Below are positions 24,725 to 33,476 of a stretch of DNA of 64,000 nt, one piece after another. Below the pieces are notes generated by a model. The model had not been told where the DNA came from. It was given only the letters and a program-made list of their open reading frames with translations, and ran no database searches. How positions within the stretch are numbered: position 1 is the first letter of the stretch; each line of letters starts with the position of its first letter. The position numbers and the translations under genes are program-made. The stretch comes from a virus, in the IMG/VR virus record IMGVR_UViG_3300042553_000685, one strand, 5' to 3'.

Positions 24725-24886
24725 ATGTCAAAAACAGTATTAGCTTTATATGTGACCCTTACCGTGTTCATAGTGATTCTAATGTATATAATGATATCAA
24801 TCATATCTGCTGGAGGGCCCGCCAGCGATACATGTAGTAGAGTGTGTAGCCACTCAATTATTAAGGATATACAAGCATGTCAATAA
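24725..24886 (+). CDS. 53-aa membrane peptide (tandem paralogue 1)
   Basis: Hand translation MSKTVLALYVTLTVFIVILMYIMISIISAGGPASDTCSRV...; AAGGAG RBS; upstream leader gtagccactcaattattaagga duplicated at 24845. Confidence 0.45.
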   Translation: MSKTVLALYVTLTVFIVILMYIMISIISAGGPASDTCSRVCSHSIIKDIQACQ

Positions 24887-25089
24887 CAGTAATAGCGTTA
24901 AATGTAGTCTTTATCGTATACATAGTGTTCCTGATGTATCTAATTCCTAGAGTAGGGCCCCGCGCTAGGTGGGGCCTTGTCGCGTTAATATGCGTCATAG
25001 CGTTGGTATGGATATCGATCATGTCTAATGGAGGGCCCGCCAGTGATACATGTAGTAGAGTGTTCCACTTCTCTATATCTAGGCTATAA
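24877..25089 (+). CDS. 70-aa membrane protein (tandem paralogue 2)
   Basis: ORF track; shares leader, N-terminus MS.T.. and GGPASDTCSRV with paralogue 1. Confidence 0.5.
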   Translation: MSITVIALNVVFIVYIVFLMYLIPRVGPRARWGLVALICVIALVWISIMSNGGPASDTCSRVFHFSISRL

Positions 25090-25150
25090 CACTACTTAAT
25101 ACTTGTAGCGCGGTAGTAGTAGTAGTAGTGGTAGTGGTAGTATATAGAAC

Positions 25151-25190
25151 GAGGCCCGCGTCATAATAAGGAGGCCCGCGCCATAATAAG
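25151..25190. repeat. 2 x 20-bp tandem repeat
   Basis: gaggcccgcgtcataataag / gaggcccgcgccataataag; preceded by a (gta/gtg)n run at about 25113-25142. Confidence 0.8.
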
Positions 25191-25210
25191 GATAAGTGGA
25201 ATAGTGTAAC

Positions 25211-25233
25211 CGACTCCGCTGTCCTGCATACAG
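25211..25233 (+). pseudogene. short tRNA-Met 3'-end fragment
   Basis: cgactccgctgtcctgcatacag matches T-arm/acceptor 3' strand and the tacag flank seen at 24328-24332. Confidence 0.6.
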
Positions 25234-25266
25234 TAAACCTTATCAAGAATTAAACTCAGGAGGAAG

Positions 25267-25398
25267 ATGTTGATTTTATTGCTTTCGCGGATTGGTGGAT
25301 TAATCTTCTCTATGATTTTGCTTCACAGGCTGTTACATCACTTCTATGTAGCGGCGTGGGACAAGAATACAGATAGATTGATAAGAAAGGGTAAGTAA
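25267..25398 (+). CDS. 43-aa membrane peptide
   Basis: Hand translation MLILLLSRIGGLIFSMILLHRLLHHFYVAAWDKNTDRLIRKGK; CAGGAGGAAG RBS. Confidence 0.45.
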   Translation: MLILLLSRIGGLIFSMILLHRLLHHFYVAAWDKNTDRLIRKGK

Positions 25399-25447
25399 CA
25401 ACATACTAGATATAACGCGGCCCCCCCCAATTAGGGCCGCACCACAA

Positions 25448-25520
25448 GCAGGATTGGCCGATAGGTGGAGGCACCGTCCTCATAAGACGGCTTAGAGCGG
25501 TTCGATTCCGCTATCCTGCA
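25448..25520 (+). tRNA. tRNA-Met (anticodon CAT; could alternatively be a lysidine-type tRNA-Ile2)
   Basis: Hand-folded cloverleaf. Acceptor GCAGGAT/ATCCTGC is perfect; D arm is GCCG..AGGC; anticodon stem is CCGTC/GACGG with loop CTCATAA; T arm is AGCGG-TTCGATT-CCGCT; discriminator A; no encoded CCA. Confidence 0.85.
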
Positions 25521-25574
25521 TTCAGTAATATAAGGGGCCCCCCTATTAGAAATACCATAATACTAAGGAGAGCT

Positions 25575-25865
25575 ATGAAAGTATTAACCTCTTACGTCTT
25601 ATATCCATCACCAGACGAGCAGATCAACATTAAGAGGTATGCGTGCTTTGTGAAGCATATCATCAGTGTAGAGATTGATATGGTAATGTGGCCCAATAAT
25701 AGGGCCCGCAGTGTCCAGCTGATGAGATACCTGTTCGACACACTGAAGCTACAGTATACAGAACACGAGGATGGGTTTATGATCAGATTGCATAAGTTAG
25801 TATATACTGATGGCTCTACAGCACTAATAGTGCCAACGGCATATACAGACAAACTACTACGTTAA
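25575..25865 (+). CDS. hypothetical protein (96 aa)
   Basis: ORF track; AAGGAG RBS. Confidence 0.5.
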   Translation: MKVLTSYVLYPSPDEQINIKRYACFVKHIISVEIDMVMWPNNRARSVQLMRYLFDTLKLQYTEHEDGFMIRLHKLVYTDGSTALIVPTAYTDKLLR

Positions 25866-25998
25866 TCAGACACGTGTATACAGCGCAGCGTAATGTATCA
25901 CTAGGGGCCCGCCTCACTCTCAACTACATACAGCTCTAATAGACATAGTCTATTATTGATATACCTCTCTGTCAGCAGAGAAGTATATCAATAGCTAA

Positions 25999-26937
25999 TC
26001 AGCTCCATAAGCGAGGTAGCATCTCCTTGCACTTATGTATATACCAGTGGCCTTCAGGAGGAGTGTTATCTAATGCTTCCTGGAATAACATATCGCGTAA
26101 CCCTTGTACAGACATAAATGAAACAGGCTCGTGCAATAAACGTTGTGCTTGAGGGGTAATGCTGGGCCCCACAAATATAAACTCAACTGGTGTATCAAAG
26201 TGGTTATTGGCTAGTTCTATATAACCCTTATCAGCTATAGTAGATACTACGTCCTCTACGCCAATAGGGTTAATCTTAATCTCAATGACCTGTGTCTTAC
26301 CATTGCTAGAACGGCATAGGTCAAAGCGACGAGTGCGGGCCCGACTCTCTAGTGTGTTGATTACTGTTAACTCCCTAGTGAAGGGGTTAGTAGTATAACT
26401 AGCTAATAATACTAGATCCATCTGTAACTCAAGCTCAGAGTTATAGGTGGGGCCCGTCTCTACGTTACGTATAGATGTAGCTCGTGGTGCAGGTGCTGTC
26501 TTAGTTCCCTCTACACGAGAGAGAGCGGGGCCCAGCCTAATATTATTATGGAGGGCTATACGTCCATAAGCCGCTGTCCAATTACATACCCATAAGTGAT
26601 TATTATAGTAATTGACATCGTAATAAGTACATAGTGCTCTTTGAAATGGTTTAATAGCTAAGGCATCTAGTTTAATCAAACGCGGTTTAGGTAGGCCAGG
26701 TCTATCTGCCCAGGTGCGTACAATAGGGTTAAATAAGTTCCTGACATTGCTAGTCGACATCTTGAGTCTTTGCGCTATTTCAGGCATTAAGAAGTAAGCA
26801 TCTTTACCGTCTCTATCAGGTACCCAGGTGAGTTGGTATTCATCAACCCAATGAACTAATTGATCTAGTATGGGGCCCGCGCAATTAGGGTATTCTTTAA
26901 GTATGGCCGTAGATAAATCTGGCAGTGCAGCTGGCAT
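25999..26937 (-). CDS. hypothetical protein (312 aa), possible PD-(D/E)xK-like nuclease C-terminal half
   Basis: ORF track; FDLCRSSNGKTQVIEIK resembles a D...E.K nuclease core; weak. Confidence 0.5.
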   Translation of the reverse strand: MPAALPDLSTAILKEYPNCAGPILDQLVHWVDEYQLTWVPDRDGKDAYFLMPEIAQRLKMSTSNVRNLFNPIVRTWADRPGLPKPRLIKLDALAIKPFQRALCTYYDVNYYNNHLWVCNWTAAYGRIALHNNIRLGPALSRVEGTKTAPAPRATSIRNVETGPTYNSELELQMDLVLLASYTTNPFTRELTVINTLESRARTRRFDLCRSSNGKTQVIEIKINPIGVEDVVSTIADKGYIELANNHFDTPVEFIFVGPSITPQAQRLLHEPVSFMSVQGLRDMLFQEALDNTPPEGHWYIHKCKEMLPRLWS

Positions 26938-26980
26938 ATTTGAATCCTAAAGTAATTATTCTAATAATAACACACAACTA

Positions 26981-27014
26981 TTAATAGCACACAAGTCAAT
27001 TTGTGTGCTATTAA
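26981..27014 (-). terminator. hairpin terminator downstream of 27043..27285
   Basis: Perfect 14-bp arms TTAATAGCACACAA / TTGTGTGCTATTAA with 6-nt loop. Confidence 0.55.
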
Positions 27015-27042
27015 TTAAACAAATAGTTACTATACAATCTTT

Positions 27043-27285
27043 CTATGCGGCTGTATGATTGGCATTCATTATACTAAGCATTTTATCTGCTTCTAGAATA
27101 TCACTCTGCTGCTCGCTGTTTAGAAGCATGAGGTAATCAGTATTCATCTGTCTAGCCCACCTCTTTACCAGTGATGCGGGTATCGTTACAGAGCCGTCAC
27201 TATTTACTATAGATTTTGAAAAGAGATAGCGCATCCACCTTGACCAAGCTTCGTGGGCATATTCTGCAAGTTTTTCTCTGAGCAC
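27043..27285 (-). CDS. hypothetical protein (80 aa, GTG start)
   Basis: ORF track; GGAG RBS upstream of GTG. Confidence 0.5.
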   Translation of the reverse strand: MLREKLAEYAHEAWSRWMRYLFSKSIVNSDGSVTIPASLVKRWARQMNTDYLMLLNSEQQSDILEADKMLSIMNANHTAA

Positions 27286-27331
27286 AGATAATCTCCGAAG
27301 ATTAAATCAATTAATAATCCACAAATAATTA

Positions 27332-27363
27332 TAATAGCATACAAGCTAGCTTGTATGCTATTA
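27332..27363 (-). terminator. hairpin terminator downstream of 27392..27574, sequence-related to 26981-27014
   Basis: Palindrome TAATAGCATACAAGC-TA-GCTTGTATGCTATTA; shares TAATAGCAYACAAG with the other terminator. Confidence 0.55.
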
Positions 27364-27391
27364 ATATATTGCCGTTAATATCAATGTGTCA

Positions 27392-27574
27392 CTAGTCTCC
27401 TAATCCAGTATACGCTTTTCTTTCTGCTTTATCAAGCTCGTCAGTTAATAATTTAATATGAGACTTTAACTCATACACTTCATCTTCTAAAGCTTTAATT
27501 CTCTCCACTTCAGTCATATTGGTGATTACGACACTGTCATTAGAGTCAGAAACAACATAAGCTTTTAGCGACAT
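27392..27574 (-). CDS. hypothetical coiled-coil protein (60 aa)
   Basis: ORF track; AGAGG RBS; heptad-like EVERIKALEDEVYELKSHIKLLTDELDKAE. Confidence 0.5.
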   Translation of the reverse strand: MSLKAYVVSDSNDSVVITNMTEVERIKALEDEVYELKSHIKLLTDELDKAERKAYTGLGD

Positions 27575-27754
27575 AATTACCTCTTGGCTTTACTATATTC
27601 TATCAATAATAAATTAGTTTTAACTACAATAGTGAGCATCTATTATTTTCTTTACTACAAACTAAAAAAAATCAAGACAGCGCCATACAAATGTACTGTT
27701 CTTTTAAAAAAAGGACAACTTTAAAAATAACCACCCTAGTTGCGCTGATTAATT

Positions 27755-27904
27755 ATGAACATCATTCTTAATGTTATTTTATCTATTGTAGTATTCACAA
27801 TACTTGTACTAATTGTTGCTTTTATTATGGTTTATACAATTAGTTTTTTTGATGGGTTTATTAAAGCTCTTAAAGATTTTGTCAATACTCGAAAAAATAA
27901 ATAA
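27755..27904 (+). CDS. 49-aa membrane peptide
   Basis: Hand translation MNIILNVILSIVVFTILVLIVAFIMVYTISFFDGFIKALKDFVNTRKNK. Confidence 0.35.
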   Translation: MNIILNVILSIVVFTILVLIVAFIMVYTISFFDGFIKALKDFVNTRKNK

Positions 27905-27993
27905 TATAATCCCTCTCTAGAATAATTTGCTGATACTCAAGAGAGGAACTATACGCTAAGTCAATTAATCAGTGGCAAGATTTTGCCACTCTC

Positions 27994-28482
27994 TCAAGAG
28001 ATTAGAATATCAATAAAGTGACTAGGTAGGTTACAGATCTGAGCATACCCAGCCCATTGACTTTTATGCTCCGGCGCGATGTTAGGAGTAGCCAGGCTCC
28101 AAACCATTGCAAAAGATTCTGCCCGCCCCAGACTTGCTTGAGATAGAGCTACTTGTAGACTCCCTGCAAGTAATGGATTTAAAGGAAGCAATTGCTGATA
28201 GAATTGGTTGAACTCGGCATCTACTAATATTAGCCGGGCAAATTCTACCCAATCAGGAGTAGGAATAGAAGGGGGAATTAATTCTAAACTAAATTCCAAT
28301 CCGTTCCAGTTTAATTGATGAGTAGTTGGGTCATAATCCGGTTCTTCGACTGCAAAATAGCCAGCATCGGCTATCTCTTCAGCGGTGTAATTTCCCCCAG
28401 TACGGGAGAACCCATCACTGAGAAAAATTCTATCGGGTAGTTGTTGAGGGTATTGCCCTCTTAAGGAATACAGAGTAGTCAT
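27994..28482 (-). CDS. hypothetical protein of tail-fibre module (162 aa)
   Basis: ORF track; last gene of minus-strand fibre operon (possible fibre chaperone by position only). Confidence 0.5.
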   Translation of the reverse strand: MTTLYSLRGQYPQQLPDRIFLSDGFSRTGGNYTAEEIADAGYFAVEEPDYDPTTHQLNWNGLEFSLELIPPSIPTPDWVEFARLILVDAEFNQFYQQLLPLNPLLAGSLQVALSQASLGRAESFAMVWSLATPNIAPEHKSQWAGYAQICNLPSHFIDILIS

Positions 28483-28490
28483 AGTTGCAA

Positions 28491-29243
28491 TTAGCTCATA
28501 TAAGTGTCGGTTTCAGGATTAAAGTTTGTTAGATACCGAGCAGCTTTAGTGACTCGGAAATTGTCGATATTGGCACCCCAGCAATAACCTGTAGAGAAAT
28601 AAATTCCAATATTATAAAAAGTTTGAGTATAATTAATGGCATTAGTGGCTTGATTGATTAAGGCTCCATTTAAATATAATCTTGATTGGTTAGCTCCCGT
28701 GCCCTGACGAACATAAGCAAGGTGAAACCAACTACCGAGAGGAATTGTCGCTATATTACTAGCATTAGATAATTGTAACAAATTACTAGAAACAAACAAA
28801 ATAGAAGTAAAAGTGCTATTACTTGTACCAAATGATAGAAGTCCGTGACTAGAGCGAGAGGTGGCGGCAAATAGCCACATCTCAATAGTAAAATTCCCAG
28901 TTCCCAATGCTAAATTAGGGTGATTGACACTTAAATACCCGTTTGTATCAGGAAACAAGCCAGAAGCAGCTCCGTATTTAGATCGAGTGGTACTCGTTGT
29001 TACCCCCGTGGTTCCCAGTCGCGAAACTGGTAGTAACAGTGGACCACTGTCAGCAAACACGATCCCATTGTTTGCGCCATCAAATCGAAGATCGCAAACA
29101 ACACTATTAATGAAAGGATCATTAGATCGAATCCAAAGATTTCGCCTTTGCCGATTATAAACATCAAGAACACTCCAATTCCCTGGTCTATTGGCTCCAT
29201 CCCAAGGGGGTTGAGAGCCCATGAAGCCACCTTCACGTGTCAT
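28491..29243 (-). CDS. LamG / concanavalin-A-like lectin domain protein (tail-fibre/receptor-binding candidate)
   Basis: DLRFDGANNGIVFADSG, GNFTIEMWLF, WFHLAYVRQG, SRLYLNGALI, IDNFRVT match Laminin_G_3-type domains; start set at ATGA overlap with upstream gene. Confidence 0.7.
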   Translation of the reverse strand: MTREGGFMGSQPPWDGANRPGNWSVLDVYNRQRRNLWIRSNDPFINSVVCDLRFDGANNGIVFADSGPLLLPVSRLGTTGVTTSTTRSKYGAASGLFPDTNGYLSVNHPNLALGTGNFTIEMWLFAATSRSSHGLLSFGTSNSTFTSILFVSSNLLQLSNASNIATIPLGSWFHLAYVRQGTGANQSRLYLNGALINQATNAINYTQTFYNIGIYFSTGYCWGANIDNFRVTKAARYLTNFNPETDTYMS

Positions 29244-29563
29244 AAAAACTCCGTACAACCTATTAACATATCCATTACATTAGGGGCAGAAGCTGAAGCC
29301 CTTAACTTCTGATTCGGCTTGACGATAATAGGGCTAGAAATAGGAACAAAACTAGACCCAACTGGGATAGGTATCGTAAAGCTAATGAAACACAAAATCG
29401 TGTTTTCGCTATTAGTTAAAACCAGATTTAAGTCGGTTGCCGTCGACGCCCTATTACAACAAAGAATTGAGAAGACAGATACGACTGATACGCCGCTAGG
29501 AGGGACGTACACATCCTGAAAGGATGTCGTCAGTCCTGAAAAAGTAGCGTTATTTAGTGCCAT
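29240..29563 (-). CDS. hypothetical tail-fibre-module protein (107 aa)
   Basis: ORF track; tightly packed in operon. Confidence 0.5.
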   Translation of the reverse strand: MALNNATFSGLTTSFQDVYVPPSGVSVVSVFSILCCNRASTATDLNLVLTNSENTILCFISFTIPIPVGSSFVPISSPIIVKPNQKLRASASAPNVMDMLIGCTEFL

Positions 29564-29566
29564 TTA

Positions 29567-29794
29567 TTATCCTAATCCTATAGCTAGGAGGTACTCGTAA
29601 GTAGCCAGAGAGGTAATTTCAGAGCCGCCGCCGCCGCCGCCCCCATTCTCTTGATTTATAGGATAAGCTACGCTTCCCGTGGCATCTGACGCGTAAATCG
29701 TAAACCCAGCTCCTACCCGTACGAAGTATATGGCATTAGGTGTGAGAGTAGCAGGCAGGCCTCCTGTTACTTTTTGAGGGTGAAAAACTACCAT
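29567..29794 (-). CDS. hypothetical protein with poly-Gly tract (75 aa)
   Basis: ORF track; ENGGGGGGSE encoded by (GCC)n run at about 29626-29643. Confidence 0.45.
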   Translation of the reverse strand: MVVFHPQKVTGGLPATLTPNAIYFVRVGAGFTIYASDATGSVAYPINQENGGGGGGGSEITSLATYEYLLAIGLG

Positions 29795-30366
29795 GCGATG
29801 GGCCCCTCCCAGCCAATTTTGGGCAAGGCATTATTATAGGTAAAAAGTCCGTCAGCATTTTCTCCTATTTTATTAAGTTGGCTCAAATTCCCATTGTGAA
29901 CGTGGCTATTAGATACTGCCGTATCGATAGCACTAGGAGAGCTAATAGGCCTTCCCTGAATATTAGCCCACTGGAGAATTAGATCGAGTGATTCCGCTTC
30001 ACTTATTTTAATCCAAGAAGTTGTAGAAAATCGATAGATATAAGTGGCTGCGCCGCTTGCCACAGTGGCATCGCCAGTTGCGTCTAGTACCAGAACCTGA
30101 GTATTCTCAGTTGGAGATAGGGCATTTCTAGCTGCTATATTAGCTACAATCGGCATTTCACCAGCTAATCCAGAAATTGAAGCATCGATTAATGCCTGAA
30201 TATCTACATCTGTCAATAGTCGCTTTAGAGCAGTCCCAGAAGTATTGCTTACATATATTTCAATATAGTTCGGTTTGCCCTGAGGCGCAACAAAAAATAC
30301 AGCGTTACCCTCGCAGGGTAGCGATGGGACTGCAGTTAATTTAGAGGGCTTAAAAGTTGTACTCAT
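29788..30366 (-). CDS. hypothetical tail-fibre-module protein (192 aa)
   Basis: ORF track; start set at ATG 30366 just after upstream stop. Confidence 0.5.
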   Translation of the reverse strand: MSTTFKPSKLTAVPSLPCEGNAVFFVAPQGKPNYIEIYVSNTSGTALKRLLTDVDIQALIDASISGLAGEMPIVANIAARNALSPTENTQVLVLDATGDATVASGAATYIYRFSTTSWIKISEAESLDLILQWANIQGRPISSPSAIDTAVSNSHVHNGNLSQLNKIGENADGLFTYNNALPKIGWEGPIAW

Positions 30367-30370
30367 ATTT

Positions 30371-30847
30371 TTACCAGTCTGTAACAATCCATTGTTGTTT
30401 TAGGCTATCGAGCCATTCTTGCTCCGTGCCAATAAAACTATTGTTCAAGGCTACTTGATAAGCGGATAGCCCAATAGGGCCCTGTAGTTGTCCACCATTA
30501 ATCCACGCTATACCCGACCAAGTGTAAAGAATACCTTGAATTAGGTAACCATGTCCTATAGAGGGGTTAGTAGGCAGATCGCCTATAGAATTAAGATTAC
30601 CTTTAATTAATAGAGGCGGGCCAGGCGGGCCAGGAAATCCAGGAGGAACATCTTTAAGCACTAATGCACTTAGGCGCTGTTCTCCTTGAAGACTACCTAT
30701 CTTGTCGCGTATACCAATAGCACTGGCAGCCTCTGATAGATTACCTCCACCTATGGCGATGAGGTCGCTGGGCGTATCCGTTATTATTAAACTGGTCTGA
30801 CCCGAATCCGGGATTACTAGAGTAATTGGTGGGCTCATGAGAGACAT
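30371..30847 (-). CDS. tail-fibre-like protein with short collagen-like motif (158 aa)
   Basis: ORF track; PPGFPGPPGPP; first gene of the minus-strand fibre operon. Confidence 0.5.
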   Translation of the reverse strand: MSLMSPPITLVIPDSGQTSLIITDTPSDLIAIGGGNLSEAASAIGIRDKIGSLQGEQRLSALVLKDVPPGFPGPPGPPLLIKGNLNSIGDLPTNPSIGHGYLIQGILYTWSGIAWINGGQLQGPIGLSAYQVALNNSFIGTEQEWLDSLKQQWIVTDW

Positions 30848-31209
30848 CGTTGATTATAATTTACACATACAGGATTAGGCAGGCACTAGGCAGGCATGCA
30901 CTAACTAAAACTATGCGTGGCTAGTTTTATAGCAAAGGCTATTCACACAAAACACAGTCATATTATGACTGACGTTCTAGATTACATCACTATCTATGTT
31001 TCATAGCTAGTTATAATTCCTGCGGAAGGTTTATCTTGTGGCATCCACGACACACTCTACAGCGTGACGGCTTTAGTTGATTTGTCTCTAGAGTTGCCGA
31101 CGGCGAAAGAGATATACAATGTTTACAAAAACAATAACGCCCATTTCAGCGTAGAGGTTATAAAAAGTGGCTATCACTTTTACAGCATTTGGTAACAAGC
31201 AATTAAGTC

Positions 31210-31233
31210 AAAACGGGAATAATTTCCCGTTTT
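31210..31233. terminator. bidirectional intrinsic terminator-like hairpin
   Basis: AAAACGGGAA-taat-TTCCCGTTTT, perfect 10-bp arms with A-tract and T-tract. Confidence 0.55.
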
Positions 31234-31260
31234 ATGTTAACACTAGCATTAACAAAGATT

Positions 31261-31752
31261 ATGAACATATACAAAAGATTGGGCGCAAAAACGGTATCTT
31301 TGGCTAATATGTGGAACGCAAAACCTCCGTTTATCGGGGAAGACGGTAATCCCTGTGAAGAAACTGTAAAATGGGCATTAAACAAACAAGGTTTTGTCGA
31401 TACAGATAATATTAAGTTTGATTCTTGCTGTTATTTAAAAGATGCCTGGACGGATTCTGTTGTCGCTGTCGTTCCTGCTACAGCTACTAGAAATGAAGAA
31501 ACGATCTACTTGCATCCTAGTCTTAGCGGTATCTTAGGGGAGTTTTACGCTGAATGTTGCCGGGTCGATAGTCAAGAAATTATTATCGGACCATATCAAC
31601 CACATCAAATAGAAAAAGCTTTTGATGACTGCATAAAAAAGCGCAAGATGTACTTGAGTACATCAAAAGTAAGTGTATTTATACCAAAGGTGCTAATCTT
31701 GATAAAAGATTTACTTTTTTACATGATGATGGCTGGTATTGCGATGGTATAA
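31261..31752 (+). CDS. hypothetical protein (163 aa)
   Basis: ORF track; start moved to Met at 31261 because 31234 abuts the terminator hairpin. Confidence 0.5.
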   Translation: MNIYKRLGAKTVSLANMWNAKPPFIGEDGNPCEETVKWALNKQGFVDTDNIKFDSCCYLKDAWTDSVVAVVPATATRNEETIYLHPSLSGILGEFYAECCRVDSQEIIIGPYQPHQIEKAFDDCIKKRKMYLSTSKVSVFIPKVLILIKDLLFYMMMAGIAMV

Positions 31753-32089
31753 AAGTTGTTTTTTTGCCTGTTAGTTTTAATTGTCTTCCAGCAATTAAAG
31801 GATTTTTCTATTTACCTCAAGAGTGATTTGCAACTTTATAATCTTAATTATGTTTCTTAGATAAGAAGATTTTGAAGTTTTAAAATCTTCTGTCTTAAAT
31901 ATTGTTAAGTTACAAGATCACTCTCTATCAGGCGTACCGCTGACAAGAATAGCTTTAATCTGTGATAAGCATCCTGAGATAATCAAAAAGCAAGGGATTA
32001 ACAGAAATAATTCTCTCAAATAGTTGATATTTCTGGGAGAATATTGTAAGACAGGATCAAGTAAACAAACACACAAGAGGTAACAAGAC

Positions 32090-33136
32090 ATGACTTCTAT
32101 TAATTTTTACGAAAGAACGGCGCTTATCAAGCGTATCGAAAACAATCTCAATAAAATTAACCAAAGATATTTTGACAAAAGCCACGTGATATTATCAGTG
32201 ACTGATAACGGTGATTACCTCACTGTTAAAAAACAAGGTGTTTACTTAGCAGATTATGACACTCAAAAGCTTTTTGACGCTCTAGAAAATTTTATTGAAG
32301 AAGTTCGGGAGCTTCTTAGTTTTCCTTACGACCTATGGGACTATTTAGATTATTGCAGGTACACGCCAGAAGATCAAAACTCTGACAACTTAAGCAAATT
32401 AGTTGAGGAACTAGAAACAAAAAATGAAATTCTGGAGAAAAAAAATCAAGAATTAGAACAGAGCAAAGAATACAACGAAGCATGGATTGACAACTTAAAA
32501 CAAAAGGTTCACGATTTAGAATCCTCAGTTTGGCTACTGCAACAGGAAAATAAGCGACTAAAAAATCAATCAGAGTTAGGAGTAAAAATGACAATTACAA
32601 TGGTAAAGATACCAGCAAGTCAAGAAATTAAAAGTTTTAGAATTGGCAAATATCCAGTGACTCAGGAACAGTATCAGGCGGTAATGGGAGTTAATCCTTC
32701 CCATTTTCAAGGCAATCCTCAGAATCCAGTGGAAAGTGTTAGTTATGATGATGCTCAAGCTTTTTGTGAAAAACTAAGTCAGATAACAGGGAAAAATTAT
32801 CGCTTACCCACAGTATCAGAATGGGAGTATGCCTGTCGAGCAGGTACAGTTACTGGGTATTATTTCGGAGATGATTATCATCAGTTAAGAGATTACGCTT
32901 GGTATTTTGATAATTCTCAGGGAACAACCCATCCTGTAGGATTAAAGCTACCCAATGCCTGGGGACTGTACGATATGCACGGTAACGTCTGGGAATGGTG
33001 TCAAAAGGATTTTCATCTGCGGGGCGGTTCCTGGGGCAGCCTTTCTACTTTCTGCCGTTCCGCGTTTCGCTACAGCAGCCTTCGCCGCGACGACCGCACC
33101 GTCGTTAGCGGTTTTCGGGTAGTCTGTGACAATTAG
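32090..33136 (+). CDS. coiled-coil + FGE/SUMF1-domain protein (348 aa)
   Basis: N-terminal heptad-rich region (ELETKNEILEKKNQELEQSKE); C-terminal GKYPVTQEQYQAVMG, PVESVSYDDAQAFC, YRLPTVSEWEYACRAGT, WGLYDMHGNVWEWC, RGGSW, CRSA, GFRVVC. Confidence 0.9.
   Translation: MTSINFYERTALIKRIENNLNKINQRYFDKSHVILSVTDNGDYLTVKKQGVYLADYDTQKLFDALENFIEEVRELLSFPYDLWDYLDYCRYTPEDQNSDNLSKLVEELETKNEILEKKNQELEQSKEYNEAWIDNLKQKVHDLESSVWLLQQENKRLKNQSELGVKMTITMVKIPASQEIKSFRIGKYPVTQEQYQAVMGVNPSHFQGNPQNPVESVSYDDAQAFCEKLSQITGKNYRLPTVSEWEYACRAGTVTGYYFGDDYHQLRDYAWYFDNSQGTTHPVGLKLPNAWGLYDMHGNVWEWCQKDFHLRGGSWGSLSTFCRSAFRYSSLRRDDRTVVSGFRVVCDN
33017..33128 (+). other. DGR-variable-region-like 3' segment of FGE gene 2
   Basis: RGGSW-GSLSTF-CRSA-F-R-YSSL-RR-DDRTVVS-GFRVVC; I count only about 10 adenines in ~110 nt in an otherwise A/T-rich gene. 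Confidence 0.55.
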
Positions 33137-33153
33137 TTACTAATCATTTAATT

Positions 33154-33180
33154 ATCAGTTATCAGTTATCAGTTATTAGT
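33154..33180. repeat. STRR-like heptamer tandem repeat (ATCAGTT)3+
   Basis: atcagtt x3 perfect at 33154-33174, then a degenerate unit; intergenic. Confidence 0.8.
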
Positions 33181-33205
33181 GTTCACTCATTATTTAGGAG
33201 TAAAA

Positions 33206-33427
33206 ATGAAGATTCGTATTGAAGGTATTTGTGAGTGCAGTAAAGTCGGTATAATTATCGACTCAAAATATATACTGTACGTGGCTTATATTTACGAAGA
33301 TGTATTGCCTTCGCGACAGTTGGATACGGAAAATCAGTACTATGTAGTTTTTGATCCTATTATTCAACTGCAGCCAATTACAACTACGCTTCAGTTATCA
33401 CCTGAATTGCGTCAATGGAACAGTTGA
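33206..33427 (+). CDS. hypothetical protein (73 aa)
   Basis: Start set at ATG 33206 after TTAGGAGTAAAA RBS. Confidence 0.5.
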   Translation: MKIRIEGICECSKVGIIIDSKYILYVAYIYEDVLPSRQLDTENQYYVVFDPIIQLQPITTTLQLSPELRQWNS

Positions 33428-33430
33428 TTT

Positions 33431-33451
33431 ATCAGTTATCAGCTATCAGTA
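33431..33451. repeat. STRR-like heptamer repeat
   Basis: atcagtt atcagct atcagta; intergenic. Confidence 0.75.
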
Positions 33452-33476
33452 AACAAAATAACTTAGGAGTAAAGCA

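Noticed and set aside
25113-25142. (GTA/GTG)n microsatellite
   Set aside because: It is a short, simple trinucleotide run in non-coding DNA. It is noted only as part of the recombination-prone tRNA patch.
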